Assembly: GCA_003555075.1 (NCBI GenBank)
Contig: PWHW01000004.1
Coordinates: forward strand, 1 to 61,264
From: Candidatus Nealsonbacteria bacterium
Lineage (GTDB): Bacteria > Patescibacteriota > Minisyncoccia > Minisyncoccales > PWPS01
Direction: 5' to 3'
Length of the DNA: 61,264 bases
A program made the translations under genes and the position numbers. The stretch's first letter is position 1; every line of letters starts with the position of its first letter. Positions 8,770-18,171 of the stretch are shown here, piece by piece. The notes under the pieces were generated by a model. It worked only from the letters and a program-made list of their open reading frames with translations, did not search any database and had not been told where the DNA came from.

Positions 8770-10293
8770 ATGTTCATCAAAATACCTTCCGTAGCCAATT
8801 CCGGCCTGGAATCCATCGAAGTTGACGTAGAGATGAATGTAATGAAGCGCAAATTGCCTACTTTTGAGATAGTGGGGCTTCCCGCAAAAGCGGTAAGCGA
8901 GAGTAAGGAAAGGGTTAGGGCTGCCATAATCAATTCCAAAATGGAATTTCCTTCAAGAAAAATAGTTGTTAATCTTGCTCCTGCCGATATCCCTAAAGAG
9001 GGCTCTTGTTATGATCTTCCTATTGCCGTGGGAGTTTTATCGTCCGTTATGGATCTTAAGATACCCGAAAAAAGCCTTTTTTTCGGCGAGCTTTCTCTTG
9101 ACGGTTCTTTGAGACACACAAAAGGCTCCCTTCTTCTTGCGCTCTTTGCCAAGGAGAAGGGTTTTTGCAATGTATTCCTTCCGAGTGAGTCAGCAAATGA
9201 AGCGGCCGTGGTGGAGGGAGTGAATATTTATCCCGTTAGTGGACTGAAAGAGCTTGTGGGGCATCTTGCGGGAAAGATACAAATAAAGCCTGCGGAGTAC
9301 AAAAAGAACGAAGAAGAGGTTTCCTTTGATTTTGATATGAAAGATATTCTTGGGCAAGAAGCGGCAAAAAGAGCTCTGGAAATAGCTGCATCTGGCGGGC
9401 ACAACGTTTTTATGGTAGGAGGTCCCGGGTCCGGAAAAACGATGCTTGCTAGAGCTCTTCCGGGAATATTGCCTCCTTTAAGCGAAAAGGAATCTTTGGA
9501 AGTTACCAAAATATATTCCGTTTCAGGAAGCATTCCTCCGGGAGGGTCGTTAATAGAGAAAAGGCCGTTCCGGTCTCCTCATCATACTATCTCTTCGGTG
9601 GGGCTCATCGGAGGAGGGGTGCACCCCAAGCCCGGTGAGGTTACCCTTGCTCACAGGGGCGTGCTTTTTCTTGATGAGTTCAATGAATTTCAAAGGTCCG
9701 TACTGGAAGCTTTAAGACAACCTCTTGAGGATGGCTATGTGGCAATTTCGCGGAGCAAAGATCGTGTTGTTTATCCTTCCGAGCATATGCTTATTGCCTC
9801 GGCCAATCCTTGTCCCTGCGGATATTTAAAACATAAGGAGAAGAACTGTATCTGCACCGAAAGGGAAGTGGAAAAATATCGCAAAAAGGTCTCCGGACCA
9901 ATATTGGACAGAGTTGATATGCACGTAGAAGTGCCTGATGTAGAAACCGACAAGCTTTCCCTTTCTTCAAAGAGTAGCAATAAAGGGGAGTCTTCTGTTG
10001 ATATAAGGAAAAGAGTTGAGGAGGCAAGAAAGATACAAAAGGAGAGGTTCAAAGATGAAAGAATACTAACCAATGCGGAAATGAGAAACAAGGATATTGA
10101 AAGATATGCGTTTTTAGGCAAGGAGGCGGAAGAATTTCTGATTCAAGCGGCATCAAAGATGAATTTTTCTGCACGGGCCTATTTTAAGCTTATAAAACTT
10201 GCAAGGACCATTGCCGACATGGAAAAAGAGAAGGACATAGGCACTTCTCATATTGCCGAGGCTTTACAATATAGAATACAAGATGTCGGGTAA
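8770..10293 (+). CDS. comM: YifB/ComM Mg-chelatase-like AAA+ ATPase
   Basis: IVVNLAPAD.PKEGS.YDLPIA, GGPGSGKT, GEVTLAHRGVLFLDE, NPCPCG, SGPILDRVD and HIAEALQYR. Confidence 0.95.
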   Translation: MFIKIPSVANSGLESIEVDVEMNVMKRKLPTFEIVGLPAKAVSESKERVRAAIINSKMEFPSRKIVVNLAPADIPKEGSCYDLPIAVGVLSSVMDLKIPEKSLFFGELSLDGSLRHTKGSLLLALFAKEKGFCNVFLPSESANEAAVVEGVNIYPVSGLKELVGHLAGKIQIKPAEYKKNEEEVSFDFDMKDILGQEAAKRALEIAASGGHNVFMVGGPGSGKTMLARALPGILPPLSEKESLEVTKIYSVSGSIPPGGSLIEKRPFRSPHHTISSVGLIGGGVHPKPGEVTLAHRGVLFLDEFNEFQRSVLEALRQPLEDGYVAISRSKDRVVYPSEHMLIASANPCPCGYLKHKEKNCICTEREVEKYRKKVSGPILDRVDMHVEVPDVETDKLSLSSKSSNKGESSVDIRKRVEEARKIQKERFKDERILTNAEMRNKDIERYAFLGKEAEEFLIQAASKMNFSARAYFKLIKLARTIADMEKEKDIGTSHIAEALQYRIQDVG

Positions 10294-11011
10294 ATGGCTT
10301 AAAGGCATCAAAGAAACGATACTGGATATTCTTTTCCCCAAGTTCTGTTTTGGATGCGGAAAAGAAGGAGAATATCTTTGTTCCAAGTGCTTTCTCTTTC
10401 TCTCAGAGACGAATTTTATATGTCCTGACTGTGAAAAGACGGAGTATTTCGGGAGAAGACATAAGAATTGCAGAATAAGAAGGAGTCCGGATGGAATGGT
10501 TTCTTTGTGGGATTACGAGGGGGTGTTAAAGAAAATGATCCTGGAAATGAAATATGGCTTGGCACTTGATGTTTTAAAAGAGCTGGCTCCTTACGGAATT
10601 CATGTCATGGAGAAGGATGAGGTCAGGTTCTTGGAGTTTCTTTCGTTTTTACAAAAAGAGGGCACGATATTCACTTATGTTCCTCTCTTTACAAAAAGAG
10701 AAAAAGAGAGGGGATTCAATCAGGCGGAGTTAATTTCAAAACACTTTTCTCATTTCTTTAAAAAGGAAACTCTTCCCCTCCTCAAAAAAGAAAAAGAAAC
10801 TCAGTACCAAGTTCTTCTTTCCAGAGAAGAGAGGTTCACGAATGTAAAGGGGGCTTTTACTCCTCTTTTTAAGAAAGATAACGCCCCTCAAAGGGTGATA
10901 TTGGTTGATGATGTTTGGACAAGCGGGGCTACAATGAAGGAATGTTGCAGGATCCTTAAAGAAAATGGAGTGAAGGAGGTTTGGGGTTTTACTCTTTCCA
11001 AGACCAATTAG
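10283..11011 (+). CDS. comF: ComF family phosphoribosyltransferase-fold competence protein
   Basis: LFPKFCFGC..LCSKC zinc ribbon, RGFNQAE, ILVDDVWTSGAT. Confidence 0.92.
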   Translation: MSGKWLKGIKETILDILFPKFCFGCGKEGEYLCSKCFLFLSETNFICPDCEKTEYFGRRHKNCRIRRSPDGMVSLWDYEGVLKKMILEMKYGLALDVLKELAPYGIHVMEKDEVRFLEFLSFLQKEGTIFTYVPLFTKREKERGFNQAELISKHFSHFFKKETLPLLKKEKETQYQVLLSREERFTNVKGAFTPLFKKDNAPQRVILVDDVWTSGATMKECCRILKENGVKEVWGFTLSKTN

Positions 11012-11018
11012 CTTTTAG

Positions 11019-11876
11019 TTAAAGAGGATAATATCTTCCTTTCTTTTTCTCCAAAAATCCTTTCAACTCAAGCATGGAAAGCCCGGTACTTACTTTTGAA
11101 GCGGGCAATTTTATTCTCCTTGTGATCTCATCGGGCTCGGCAGGCTCCTCTTCCAGTGCTTTAAGTATCAATTCTTCCTCTTTTGACAACTTCTCCCTTT
11201 TAACTTTAAGTGATTCTTTTTTGTCTTTTCCGAAAAAAGAGAGTATATCCAAAGAAGAGGTTACGGGGGTGGCTCCTTCTTTTATTAGTCTGTTGGTTCC
11301 TTGGGAGTTCTTATTGAAAATGGGTCCGGGAACGGCGAACAATTTCCTGTTGTATTTTTTTGCAAAGTCGGCGGAGATAAGGGATCCGCTACCTTCTGCT
11401 GCTTCCACTACCAAGGTGGCATCGGAAATTCCCACTACAATGCGATTTCTCTTTGGGTATGTCCATTTATCGGGAGGAAAATTGTCTTCAAATTCAGACA
11501 AAATAAGGCCGTTCTCTTCTATTTCTTTATAGAGATCTTTTTGGTAAGAGGGATGGATGACATTAACTCCGCAAGGCATGACTGCTATTGTATTCCCTCT
11601 CGCAGAGAGGGCTGCCCGATGAGCTGTGGCGTCTATCCCGTACATAAAGCCCGAAACAATGGTAATCCCTTCGCTTGCGATCTCTCTGACTATTTTCTCG
11701 GTGGCCTTTTTCCCGTAGGAGGTCATTCGGCGTGAACCGACAACCGCAAGGGTGTTTGAAAAGATTTCCTTTCTTAACTTTCCTCTATATTTTATATCGG
11801 GAGGTGCTTCCTCTGTTTTCTTTAGTTTTTCGGGATAATTATCTTCTTCTTTTTTGATAATATTGCCTTCTTCCAT
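11019..11876 (-). CDS. dprA: DNA processing protein DprA
   Basis: AVVGSR, VSGFMYGIDATAH, YPKRNRIVVG, VVEAAEGSGSL and a C-terminal wHTH. Confidence 0.95.
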   Translation of the reverse strand: MEEGNIIKKEEDNYPEKLKKTEEAPPDIKYRGKLRKEIFSNTLAVVGSRRMTSYGKKATEKIVREIASEGITIVSGFMYGIDATAHRAALSARGNTIAVMPCGVNVIHPSYQKDLYKEIEENGLILSEFEDNFPPDKWTYPKRNRIVVGISDATLVVEAAEGSGSLISADFAKKYNRKLFAVPGPIFNKNSQGTNRLIKEGATPVTSSLDILSFFGKDKKESLKVKREKLSKEEELILKALEEEPAEPDEITRRIKLPASKVSTGLSMLELKGFLEKKKGRYYPL

Positions 11877-11975
11877 TAAAATAGAATATAATAAGATGAA
11901 AAAGTAAGAAAGATGCCACTTCTTTTAATGTCCCAAGAAGAAGTAAAGGTCGTTTAAAGATATAACCAAATAACT

Positions 11976-12677
11976 ATGAAAAAAAAGATATTGATCGGAA
12001 CCCTTGTTGTCGTTTTACTTCCTTTGGCGGTAATTATTGCTCAGCCGAGGCAAGAAGCCCCTGTTGAGGTGCCGGGTGCTAACTTTAGAGAAAGGGCGGA
12101 GGAAATGTCGGAAGGAATGGAAAATAGGATGAGAGAAAGAGTAGGTGAGATAACAGAAGAAAAAAGAGAGGAAACAGAAGAAAAAAGGAGCAGGTTTCGT
12201 GAGACAGTTTCTCGAGTACCGAGCGAAGTTCTTCAAGAAAGATTGACCGACTTTCAAGAAAGAATTGAAGATCTTGACGGGCGGCTTTCAAAAAGATACT
12301 ACAATCATCTAAGAGCGGCGACAAGATCGGTTGAGGAAGTTTCAAGGAGGGTCCCCGATGACATACCCGAGGAGATAGAAGAGAAGATGGAGGAATTTTA
12401 TGATCATATAGAGGAAATGGAAGAGAAGGTTTCCGAGCAGATCGTCAAGGATTATACTCCCGAAGCTGATTCCATTCGAGATATTGTTCAAGGATTCAGG
12501 GGAAGCTTGAACGATCTCCTGGAAGATCACAAAAGAATGCAAAAGAAGGTGATGAGAAGAACTCAGGAGATGAAGAGGGAATTAATGAAAGAGCTTGCAG
12601 GACTTCCCGGCATGGAAGACATAGAAGATAGTGAAGAAGAGGAGCAAGAGGAGGATGAAGAAAACAATGAAGAGTAG
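11976..12677 (+). CDS. Secreted acidic coiled-coil hypothetical protein
   Basis: N-terminal signal peptide; E/R-rich helical body. Confidence 0.75.
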   Translation: MKKKILIGTLVVVLLPLAVIIAQPRQEAPVEVPGANFRERAEEMSEGMENRMRERVGEITEEKREETEEKRSRFRETVSRVPSEVLQERLTDFQERIEDLDGRLSKRYYNHLRAATRSVEEVSRRVPDDIPEEIEEKMEEFYDHIEEMEEKVSEQIVKDYTPEADSIRDIVQGFRGSLNDLLEDHKRMQKKVMRRTQEMKRELMKELAGLPGMEDIEDSEEEEQEEDEENNEE

Positions 12678-12752
12678 AGTTTTGGCAAAACAAGAGAGGT
12701 GGCAATAATACAGTGCCGTCCCGATTAAGCAAAATAGGGAGGTCTTACTTGT

Positions 12753-12784
12753 TACCTATATTCCACAATTGTGGAATATAGGTA
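12753..12784. repeat. 32-bp palindrome, copy 7 (perfect)
   Basis: TTACCTATATTCCACAATTGTGGAATATAGGTAA (12752-12785). Confidence 0.95.
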
Positions 12785-12961
12785 ATTGAAGGGGGTGGAA
12801 TGTTTTTGTATTGTAAAAAAGTGTTTTGGATCTTCAGGAGAACTTTTTGGGTGTGAAGAAAAGGTTTTACAATTGCTTTATGTGTGTTAAAGTGAAATAA
12901 GGTAAGATTATTCGATCAAGAAAAAAATAAAAAAGGTCGGTCGTAACCAAAAAGTTAAAGT

Positions 12962-13291
12962 ATGACCAAGAAAATACTACAAGTGATCGGAGTTTCCGTA
13001 TTTGCAATGGCGCTTCTTTTCAGTTTTTCTTTTGTGATAGCGGAGGAAGAGGTAGATTTTGACATGAATGAAATGGAAGAAGCTCCCGCAGAAGAAGAGG
13101 AAGTAGTAGAAGAGGAGCCCTTAGAGGTTGATCCCTTCGAAGAGGATGTCGAAGAGGACGAGCTTCTAGACGAAGAAGTTGATGAAGAAGAGGAAGAAGA
13201 GGAAGAAGATGACATGATGATGTGGATCATTGTCGCTATTGTTGTTGTTGTGCTCGCTGTTGCAATCTACGCAAGCACCAAGAAGTCTTAA
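12962..13291 (+). CDS. Small acidic surface protein with signal peptide and C-terminal membrane anchor
   Basis: Signal peptide, D/E-rich linker, WIIVAIVVVVLAVAIY plus KK tail. Confidence 0.8.
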   Translation: MTKKILQVIGVSVFAMALLFSFSFVIAEEEVDFDMNEMEEAPAEEEEVVEEEPLEVDPFEEDVEEDELLDEEVDEEEEEEEEDDMMMWIIVAIVVVVLAVAIYASTKKS

Positions 13292-13307
13292 AATTGACAT
13301 TCTTCCA

Positions 13308-13338
13308 AAAAAAGCCCGCTTTTCGAGCGGGCTTTTTT
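13308..13338. terminator. Intrinsic terminator
   Basis: AAAAAAGCCCGCT-tttcg-AGCGGGCTTTTTT. Confidence 0.8.
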
Positions 13339-13443
13339 GTTGTCTTTACATAGGTTGAATGTGACAAAGAAACAAAAAGACAAAAAAGTGAGAATAATGG
13401 GTAATAAAAACAACAAAACGTGCCTCAAAGCACGTTCTTTTAA

Positions 13444-13469
13444 TGTAACAAAGCCTGCAAAACTCCGTC
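13444..13469 (+). promoter_or_regulatory. Putative ECF-sigma promoter
   Basis: TGTAAC-N16-CGTC, 33 nt upstream of the ATG at 13503. Confidence 0.45.
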
Positions 13470-13502
13470 TTTATAAGTGCAAAAGAGAAATAGTTAAAAA
13501 TC

Positions 13503-14081
13503 ATGAAAAAGGAAATAGAAGAGAAAATATGCACGCTTTCCAGAATAAGACCCGATGAGGAATTTAAAGAGAATTTTAAAGCAAGAATAATGAAGAGAGA
13601 AGACAGTTTCAAAGATGTTTTTTCGGGTATTCTGGTCTTTCGCGGCAGCTTGTTTACTGCCGGAGTGTTAGCCTTACTCTTTTTTATTCATCTTTTTACG
13701 CCATCTGCTTTTCCGAGTAATTACAAGGAGTATCTCTCGATCGAGAATGAAAAGAAGGATGAAGGTGTGGGCGTGAACAAGGAAAAAGTTGAAGAAATAA
13801 GAAAGGATCTTGCCACTCTTGAGAATGATTTACGCAGCAGTCAAAACGAGGTCTTGAGAATGCTTGTTGGCAGAGAGGGGGAAGGCTTGTCGGACGAGGA
13901 GATAATAAACCACCACCTTACAAAAATAGAGAGCAGCTTGACCATAGAAGAGGAAGGCAAAAAAGAGGAAAAGGTAAAAGAGGCGAGAAAAGCGCTTGAA
14001 GAAAGCAACAAAGGTGAAGCATTGGATAGCATAATAGAAATATTATCAGAGGAAAGTAGAAGCATTAAAAACTCATATTAA
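13503..14081 (+). CDS. Bitopic membrane protein, anti-sigma-like architecture
   Basis: Short cytoplasmic N-terminus (IRPDEEFKENFKARI), one TM helix, helical outer domain. Confidence 0.7.
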   Translation: MKKEIEEKICTLSRIRPDEEFKENFKARIMKREDSFKDVFSGILVFRGSLFTAGVLALLFFIHLFTPSAFPSNYKEYLSIENEKKDEGVGVNKEKVEEIRKDLATLENDLRSSQNEVLRMLVGREGEGLSDEEIINHHLTKIESSLTIEEEGKKEEKVKEARKALEESNKGEALDSIIEILSEESRSIKNSY

Positions 14082-14201
14082 TTATTTATTGAAATTATTA
14101 CTTTAAAGCAGTCGTTTTTTAAAAGGTCCTCTGGAAATGGAGGGGAGATGGTCGACAAATGACAGATTATTATTAAATAACGTATTTTAACCGCAAACAG
14201 T

Positions 14202-16223
14202 ATGAAAGTACTTTTGCAAAAGAAGATGAAAAGCTTAAAAAAGAAAGTCATTATAGGCTTACTGGCTTTTTCCATCATCTTTTCCGGAATCGGAGTAACT
14301 CTTGCCGATGAAACTGATGACATTCGCAAAGAGATGAGTGCTCTTGAGGAAATGCTTGCCGAAATAACGGAAAAAATAGGATTGAGAGGAGAGAATGATG
14401 ATACGGAAGAAACAGTAAGTATTGAAGGGATACCGGCAGGTTTTACTTTTGGGCAAAACCTTAGGCAAGGTTCCAGGGGAACCGATGTAAAGTATTTGCA
14501 GATCCTGCTCAATGCCGACTCCGATACCAGGTTGGCAAACACAGGTCCCGGTTCTCCGGGAAATGAAACGGAATATTTTGGTCCCATTACGCTTAGTGCG
14601 GTCAATAAGTTTCAAGGAAAGTATTCTAGTGAAGTTTTAGTTCCCGCCGGAGCCTCGGCTCCTACCGGCTTTGTGGGCACTTATACCAGAGCTAAACTGA
14701 ACAGCATACTTCAAGAAGGAGTTTCAAAGGATCCCGATGTGAGTAACGAGATAATGGAAATGCTCCAAGAGATATCAGAAAGAGTAAAAGCTCTTGTAGA
14801 AAGAGTTGAGGCTCTTGAAAAAGGAGAGGTTATAGGAGAAGAGGGTGATCTTAGTGTTTCTTTGAGATCCGACATAAGAAATGTGAGTGTAAGACCGAAC
14901 CAGACCAAGGATGTGGCTATGTTCAGGCTTGAAGCGGAGGATTCGGATATTGAAATTCAGAGATTTGACGTCTATGTGGATGGAGCAATGACCGAATTCA
15001 GGGGAGACATAGATGAAATGGCTCTCAAGGTTGACGGCGAGGTCGTTTCAGAAAGGGAGATAAACAGAGACACAGTAGGGAGAGATGATAAGTATATCCG
15101 TTTTAGCGGACTTAACATTGAAGTTCCCAAAAATGGTCATGAAGACGTGGTGATATCAGTTACTGCTGCCGACAAGAGTACCTTTACCAATACCAGCTAT
15201 ATAGTAGGTCCCACAGGGGATAACGCTATAAGAGGAGTGGATGGTGCAAGGATAACGCTTTATGCCAGTGTTGCGAACGGAAGAAGCTTCGAGCTCGACG
15301 ATGAAACCGCCGGCACCCTCGAGATAAGAGATAACGATTCTCCTGAAGAAGGCGTTGTCTTGATAGAGGAGGATGAAAACACGGAGGTGGAGTTGTTGGT
15401 GTTTGATGTGGTGGTCAAGGATTCCGATATAGACTTGGAGAATCTCAGGGTGGAATTTGAAGGAGATTACGATCTGGAGGAAATATTCGAGGATGCACTT
15501 CTTTACAGAGGAAATACTCTTGTTGACGTACAGAGCATAACCATTAAAGAAGGAACCGACAATAAAGAAGCTTATGTAGTATTTGAGGTGGAAATGGACA
15601 TAGATGCCGGTGAGACATTGGTCTTTACGCTCGTTATTGATGTTTTCGGAATGGATATGGAAGATGATGGAGACAGGATCGGAAGCAAGGTGAAAGCGGA
15701 AATTCTTGCCGATGAGAACAAGAAGATCGCTTATGCCTATGACACTGACAAGGAAATAGATCTCAAAGGAGATCTCGAGGGCGAGTATCAAGCTCTCTAT
15801 CCTTCACTTCCTGAGTTCACTCTTAAAGAAGCCGACATTGAAAGAAATGACAACAGAAGTATTGCAGATGCTTATTTAACGATCGAGGTAGAAGCGGTAG
15901 AAGGTGATATTGTTCTTACGGGTATTGATTATTTCAATTCTCACTGGAACGTAATAATGGAGCTTGAAGGAACGGAGGTCTATGATGGAAGCTCTTGGAC
16001 GGGAACCACTTCTCAATCTACTATCAAAAAGGGAAGAACCGCTGAGCTTGAGATATTCGGTATCTTTGAGGCAACTGATACTGAGTATGGTTGGGTAAGA
16101 CTTGCCGTGGAGTCCATAGATTGGGAGGATGAAGAAGGTAACGACTTCTCTTGGGACGCCGGTAACTATGAGTTCATCGAGGTCTTAAGAACAGAAAGAG
16201 TTCACCTTACTCAGCAACTCTAG
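14202..16223 (+). CDS. Large acidic S-layer-like protein with a peptidoglycan-binding domain
   Basis: Signal peptide; NLRQGSRGTDVKYLQILLN...GSPGNETEYFGPITLSAVNKFQ; beta-rich acidic body. Confidence 0.85.
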   Translation: MKVLLQKKMKSLKKKVIIGLLAFSIIFSGIGVTLADETDDIRKEMSALEEMLAEITEKIGLRGENDDTEETVSIEGIPAGFTFGQNLRQGSRGTDVKYLQILLNADSDTRLANTGPGSPGNETEYFGPITLSAVNKFQGKYSSEVLVPAGASAPTGFVGTYTRAKLNSILQEGVSKDPDVSNEIMEMLQEISERVKALVERVEALEKGEVIGEEGDLSVSLRSDIRNVSVRPNQTKDVAMFRLEAEDSDIEIQRFDVYVDGAMTEFRGDIDEMALKVDGEVVSEREINRDTVGRDDKYIRFSGLNIEVPKNGHEDVVISVTAADKSTFTNTSYIVGPTGDNAIRGVDGARITLYASVANGRSFELDDETAGTLEIRDNDSPEEGVVLIEEDENTEVELLVFDVVVKDSDIDLENLRVEFEGDYDLEEIFEDALLYRGNTLVDVQSITIKEGTDNKEAYVVFEVEMDIDAGETLVFTLVIDVFGMDMEDDGDRIGSKVKAEILADENKKIAYAYDTDKEIDLKGDLEGEYQALYPSLPEFTLKEADIERNDNRSIADAYLTIEVEAVEGDIVLTGIDYFNSHWNVIMELEGTEVYDGSSWTGTTSQSTIKKGRTAELEIFGIFEATDTEYGWVRLAVESIDWEDEEGNDFSWDAGNYEFIEVLRTERVHLTQQL

Positions 16224-16251
16224 TGTGTGAGATGATCTTGAAAGATGACGG

Positions 16252-16278
16252 GAAAGACCCCTTAAAAAGGGGTCTTTC
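16252..16278 (+). terminator. Intrinsic terminator
   Basis: GAAAGACCCCTT-aaa-AAGGGGTCTTTC after the S-layer-like gene. Confidence 0.7.
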
Positions 16279-16345
16279 ATTTCTCATTGACCATTCTTTC
16301 TTTTTTATGCATAATTTAAAAAATTACCATGAAAAAGGAGGGATT

Positions 16346-16990
16346 ATGATGGATCTGAGGAGGCGTATTAGGTTCTTTGGCGTTGCCCTCATGTTATGCT
16401 GGAGTCTCTTTGTCCTTTATCCCAATCCGTTAGATCTCGGGGTGAGCGTGTATCGTCTTTTTGATCCTCCTATTGAACCTTATCACGAAAAATTAGAGAA
16501 ATTCGTGAATAATTCTAAAGGAGGTCATCTTGAAGATCCCGAGACGTTCGTTAGGAGCAATCTACCTTACAGATATGATTGGGAGGTGTACGGCATGCCC
16601 TGGTATTTTCCCACCGTGGAGGAGGTGCTTCTAAAAAGCAAAGGAGATTGTAAGGCACAATCATTGCTTATAGCTTCTTTATTGGAGCTTCAGGGAGCTC
16701 CGTATAGGTTTTTTGCATCTCCTACTCATATTTGGGTGGATTATGAGGGAAAGAAAGCAAGAAAAAACGAAAATTCGGAAGTTGCCTTGGTGGTTTTCGG
16801 AGAAGAGGATCTTGGGCTCAAAAGACCGGACATCAATTGGAGAAACACGCTTAATACTCTAAAGGAAGCTTTCTGGGATCATATGCCGAAGAAAAAGAAA
16901 ACATCTTTGGTGGGAGGAATTGTCGCGGGGTTTTTATTCATAGGATTTCCGGGAATTATCAAAGACAGTTCTATAAAAGAGATGGAATGA
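16346..16990 (+). CDS. Membrane-anchored transglutaminase-like (papain-fold) protein
   Basis: GDCKAQSLLIASLL..THIWVD (Cys/His/Asp). Start set at ATG 16346 after an AAGGAGGG RBS. Confidence 0.75.
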   Translation: MMDLRRRIRFFGVALMLCWSLFVLYPNPLDLGVSVYRLFDPPIEPYHEKLEKFVNNSKGGHLEDPETFVRSNLPYRYDWEVYGMPWYFPTVEEVLLKSKGDCKAQSLLIASLLELQGAPYRFFASPTHIWVDYEGKKARKNENSEVALVVFGEEDLGLKRPDINWRNTLNTLKEAFWDHMPKKKKTSLVGGIVAGFLFIGFPGIIKDSSIKEME

Positions 16991-17074
16991 CCTTCCATCT
17001 CTTTTCCATTTGACAGGAGGCATGCATCTTGTAAACTTTTAAATAATTATTAAAGAATCAATGAAGCATAAGTT

Positions 17075-17482
17075 ATGAATAAAAAAACCACTTGGGTAAT
17101 AATTCTAATTGTCGTTGTAGCGGTAGCGGGGCTTTTTGCTTTTATGAACTATGAGCCCTATAAAGAATATCCCATGGAAGAGGATCTCGATACAAGAGAA
17201 AGGGAGATGAGTGACAGGGAAATAGGGGAGTTGCTTGAAAATTTGGGAGCCGTAGAAGAGGTTTTTGGGGAGTTTGAGGAAGTGATAAAGGATGCGCGGG
17301 AAATGGGAGTTGAGGTGCAGGAAGCGGAAGAAGAGCTTGAGGCTCTCAGAGATGATTTTCGTGACCTGGATGAAAAGCATATTGAAGGAGAAATTACCGA
17401 CGAGGATTTTTATAAGGAGCTTGATGAGATAATCGCAAAGACGAAAGAACTAAAGGAGCAACTAAAAGAAGCCCTCCAATAA
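17075..17482 (+). CDS. N-terminally anchored acidic coiled-coil protein
   Basis: TM helix followed by an E/D-rich helical region. Confidence 0.75.
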   Translation: MNKKTTWVIILIVVVAVAGLFAFMNYEPYKEYPMEEDLDTREREMSDREIGELLENLGAVEEVFGEFEEVIKDAREMGVEVQEAEEELEALRDDFRDLDEKHIEGEITDEDFYKELDEIIAKTKELKEQLKEALQ

Positions 17483-17498
17483 TCTTTTTTATAAAAAT

Positions 17499-17523
17499 AA
17501 GCGCCATTCAATAAATGGCGCTT
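17499..17523. terminator. Bidirectional terminator between convergent genes
   Basis: AAGCGCCATT-caata-AATGGCGCTT. Confidence 0.7.
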
Positions 17524-17528
17524 TTGTT

Positions 17529-18026
17529 TTACTCTTTAAAGAACTGAAAAGCCCTTTTTCTTGTAAGCGGCTTGTCAAGACCAAAAGCTTTCCTGTAGAG
17601 TTCCGAAATTCTTGTTCTTGCATCTGTCTTGTTGAACCTCCTCAAATTGGAGAATTTGAACTCAAGCAATGTTACGGGCTTTCCCATGGCCATCCCTCTC
17701 AAACTTTCAATGCATTCTTTTTTCCGGCAACATGTGTACCCGCTTCCTACCGAGAAATCATTGAATGAGTAAGCCACAGAAAAGTACTTAACAGGCTCAC
17801 TCTTACAGAACGGACAAAGCATTTTTGTTTGCCTTGTTTCTCCTTGCCTTAAGAGCCACTCCAGATGCAATTGCAATTTGTTCTTATTTTTTCCTCCTTT
17901 CAGCTTGTTCTCTTTGAACCAACACAGGAAGTGGTAGTCCTTGAACATTAAAAGTTCCAAGGCTTCCCCCTTCCTTTTTCCGCTTTGGATCACATACCAC
18001 TGCGAAGGATCGTATGAATTTGACAA
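17529..18026 (-). CDS. Cys-containing hypothetical protein, paralog of 20868-21371
   Basis: MLCPFCK and YTCCRKKEC; AAGGAGGG RBS before the TTG start. Confidence 0.8.
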   Translation of the reverse strand: MSNSYDPSQWYVIQSGKRKGEALELLMFKDYHFLCWFKENKLKGGKNKNKLQLHLEWLLRQGETRQTKMLCPFCKSEPVKYFSVAYSFNDFSVGSGYTCCRKKECIESLRGMAMGKPVTLLEFKFSNLRRFNKTDARTRISELYRKAFGLDKPLTRKRAFQFFKE

Positions 18027-18171
18027 AGAACACCCTCCTTTCCGCTATTTTTTAAACTATACCATAAAATTACTTTTTTGTATAGAGTTTAAATTGACTT
18101 TCAAAGAAAATAAAAATATATTTTAAATAAGCAAAAAGGTCGAAAAAGATATTTTTAAAGATCTTGTTAAA

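Noticed and set aside
786-12784. Palindrome arms as DnaA boxes / oriC (TATTCCACA is one mismatch from TTWTNCACA)
   Set aside because: Symmetry extends well beyond the 9-mer. Copies are spread over 12 kb rather than clustered. There is no dnaA, dnaN or clear unwinding element in the window. Not formally excluded.
16223-16345. N-terminal extension of the transglutaminase-like ORF from 16223
   Set aside because: It runs through the terminator hairpin at 16252-16278. The SD-supported ATG is at 16346.
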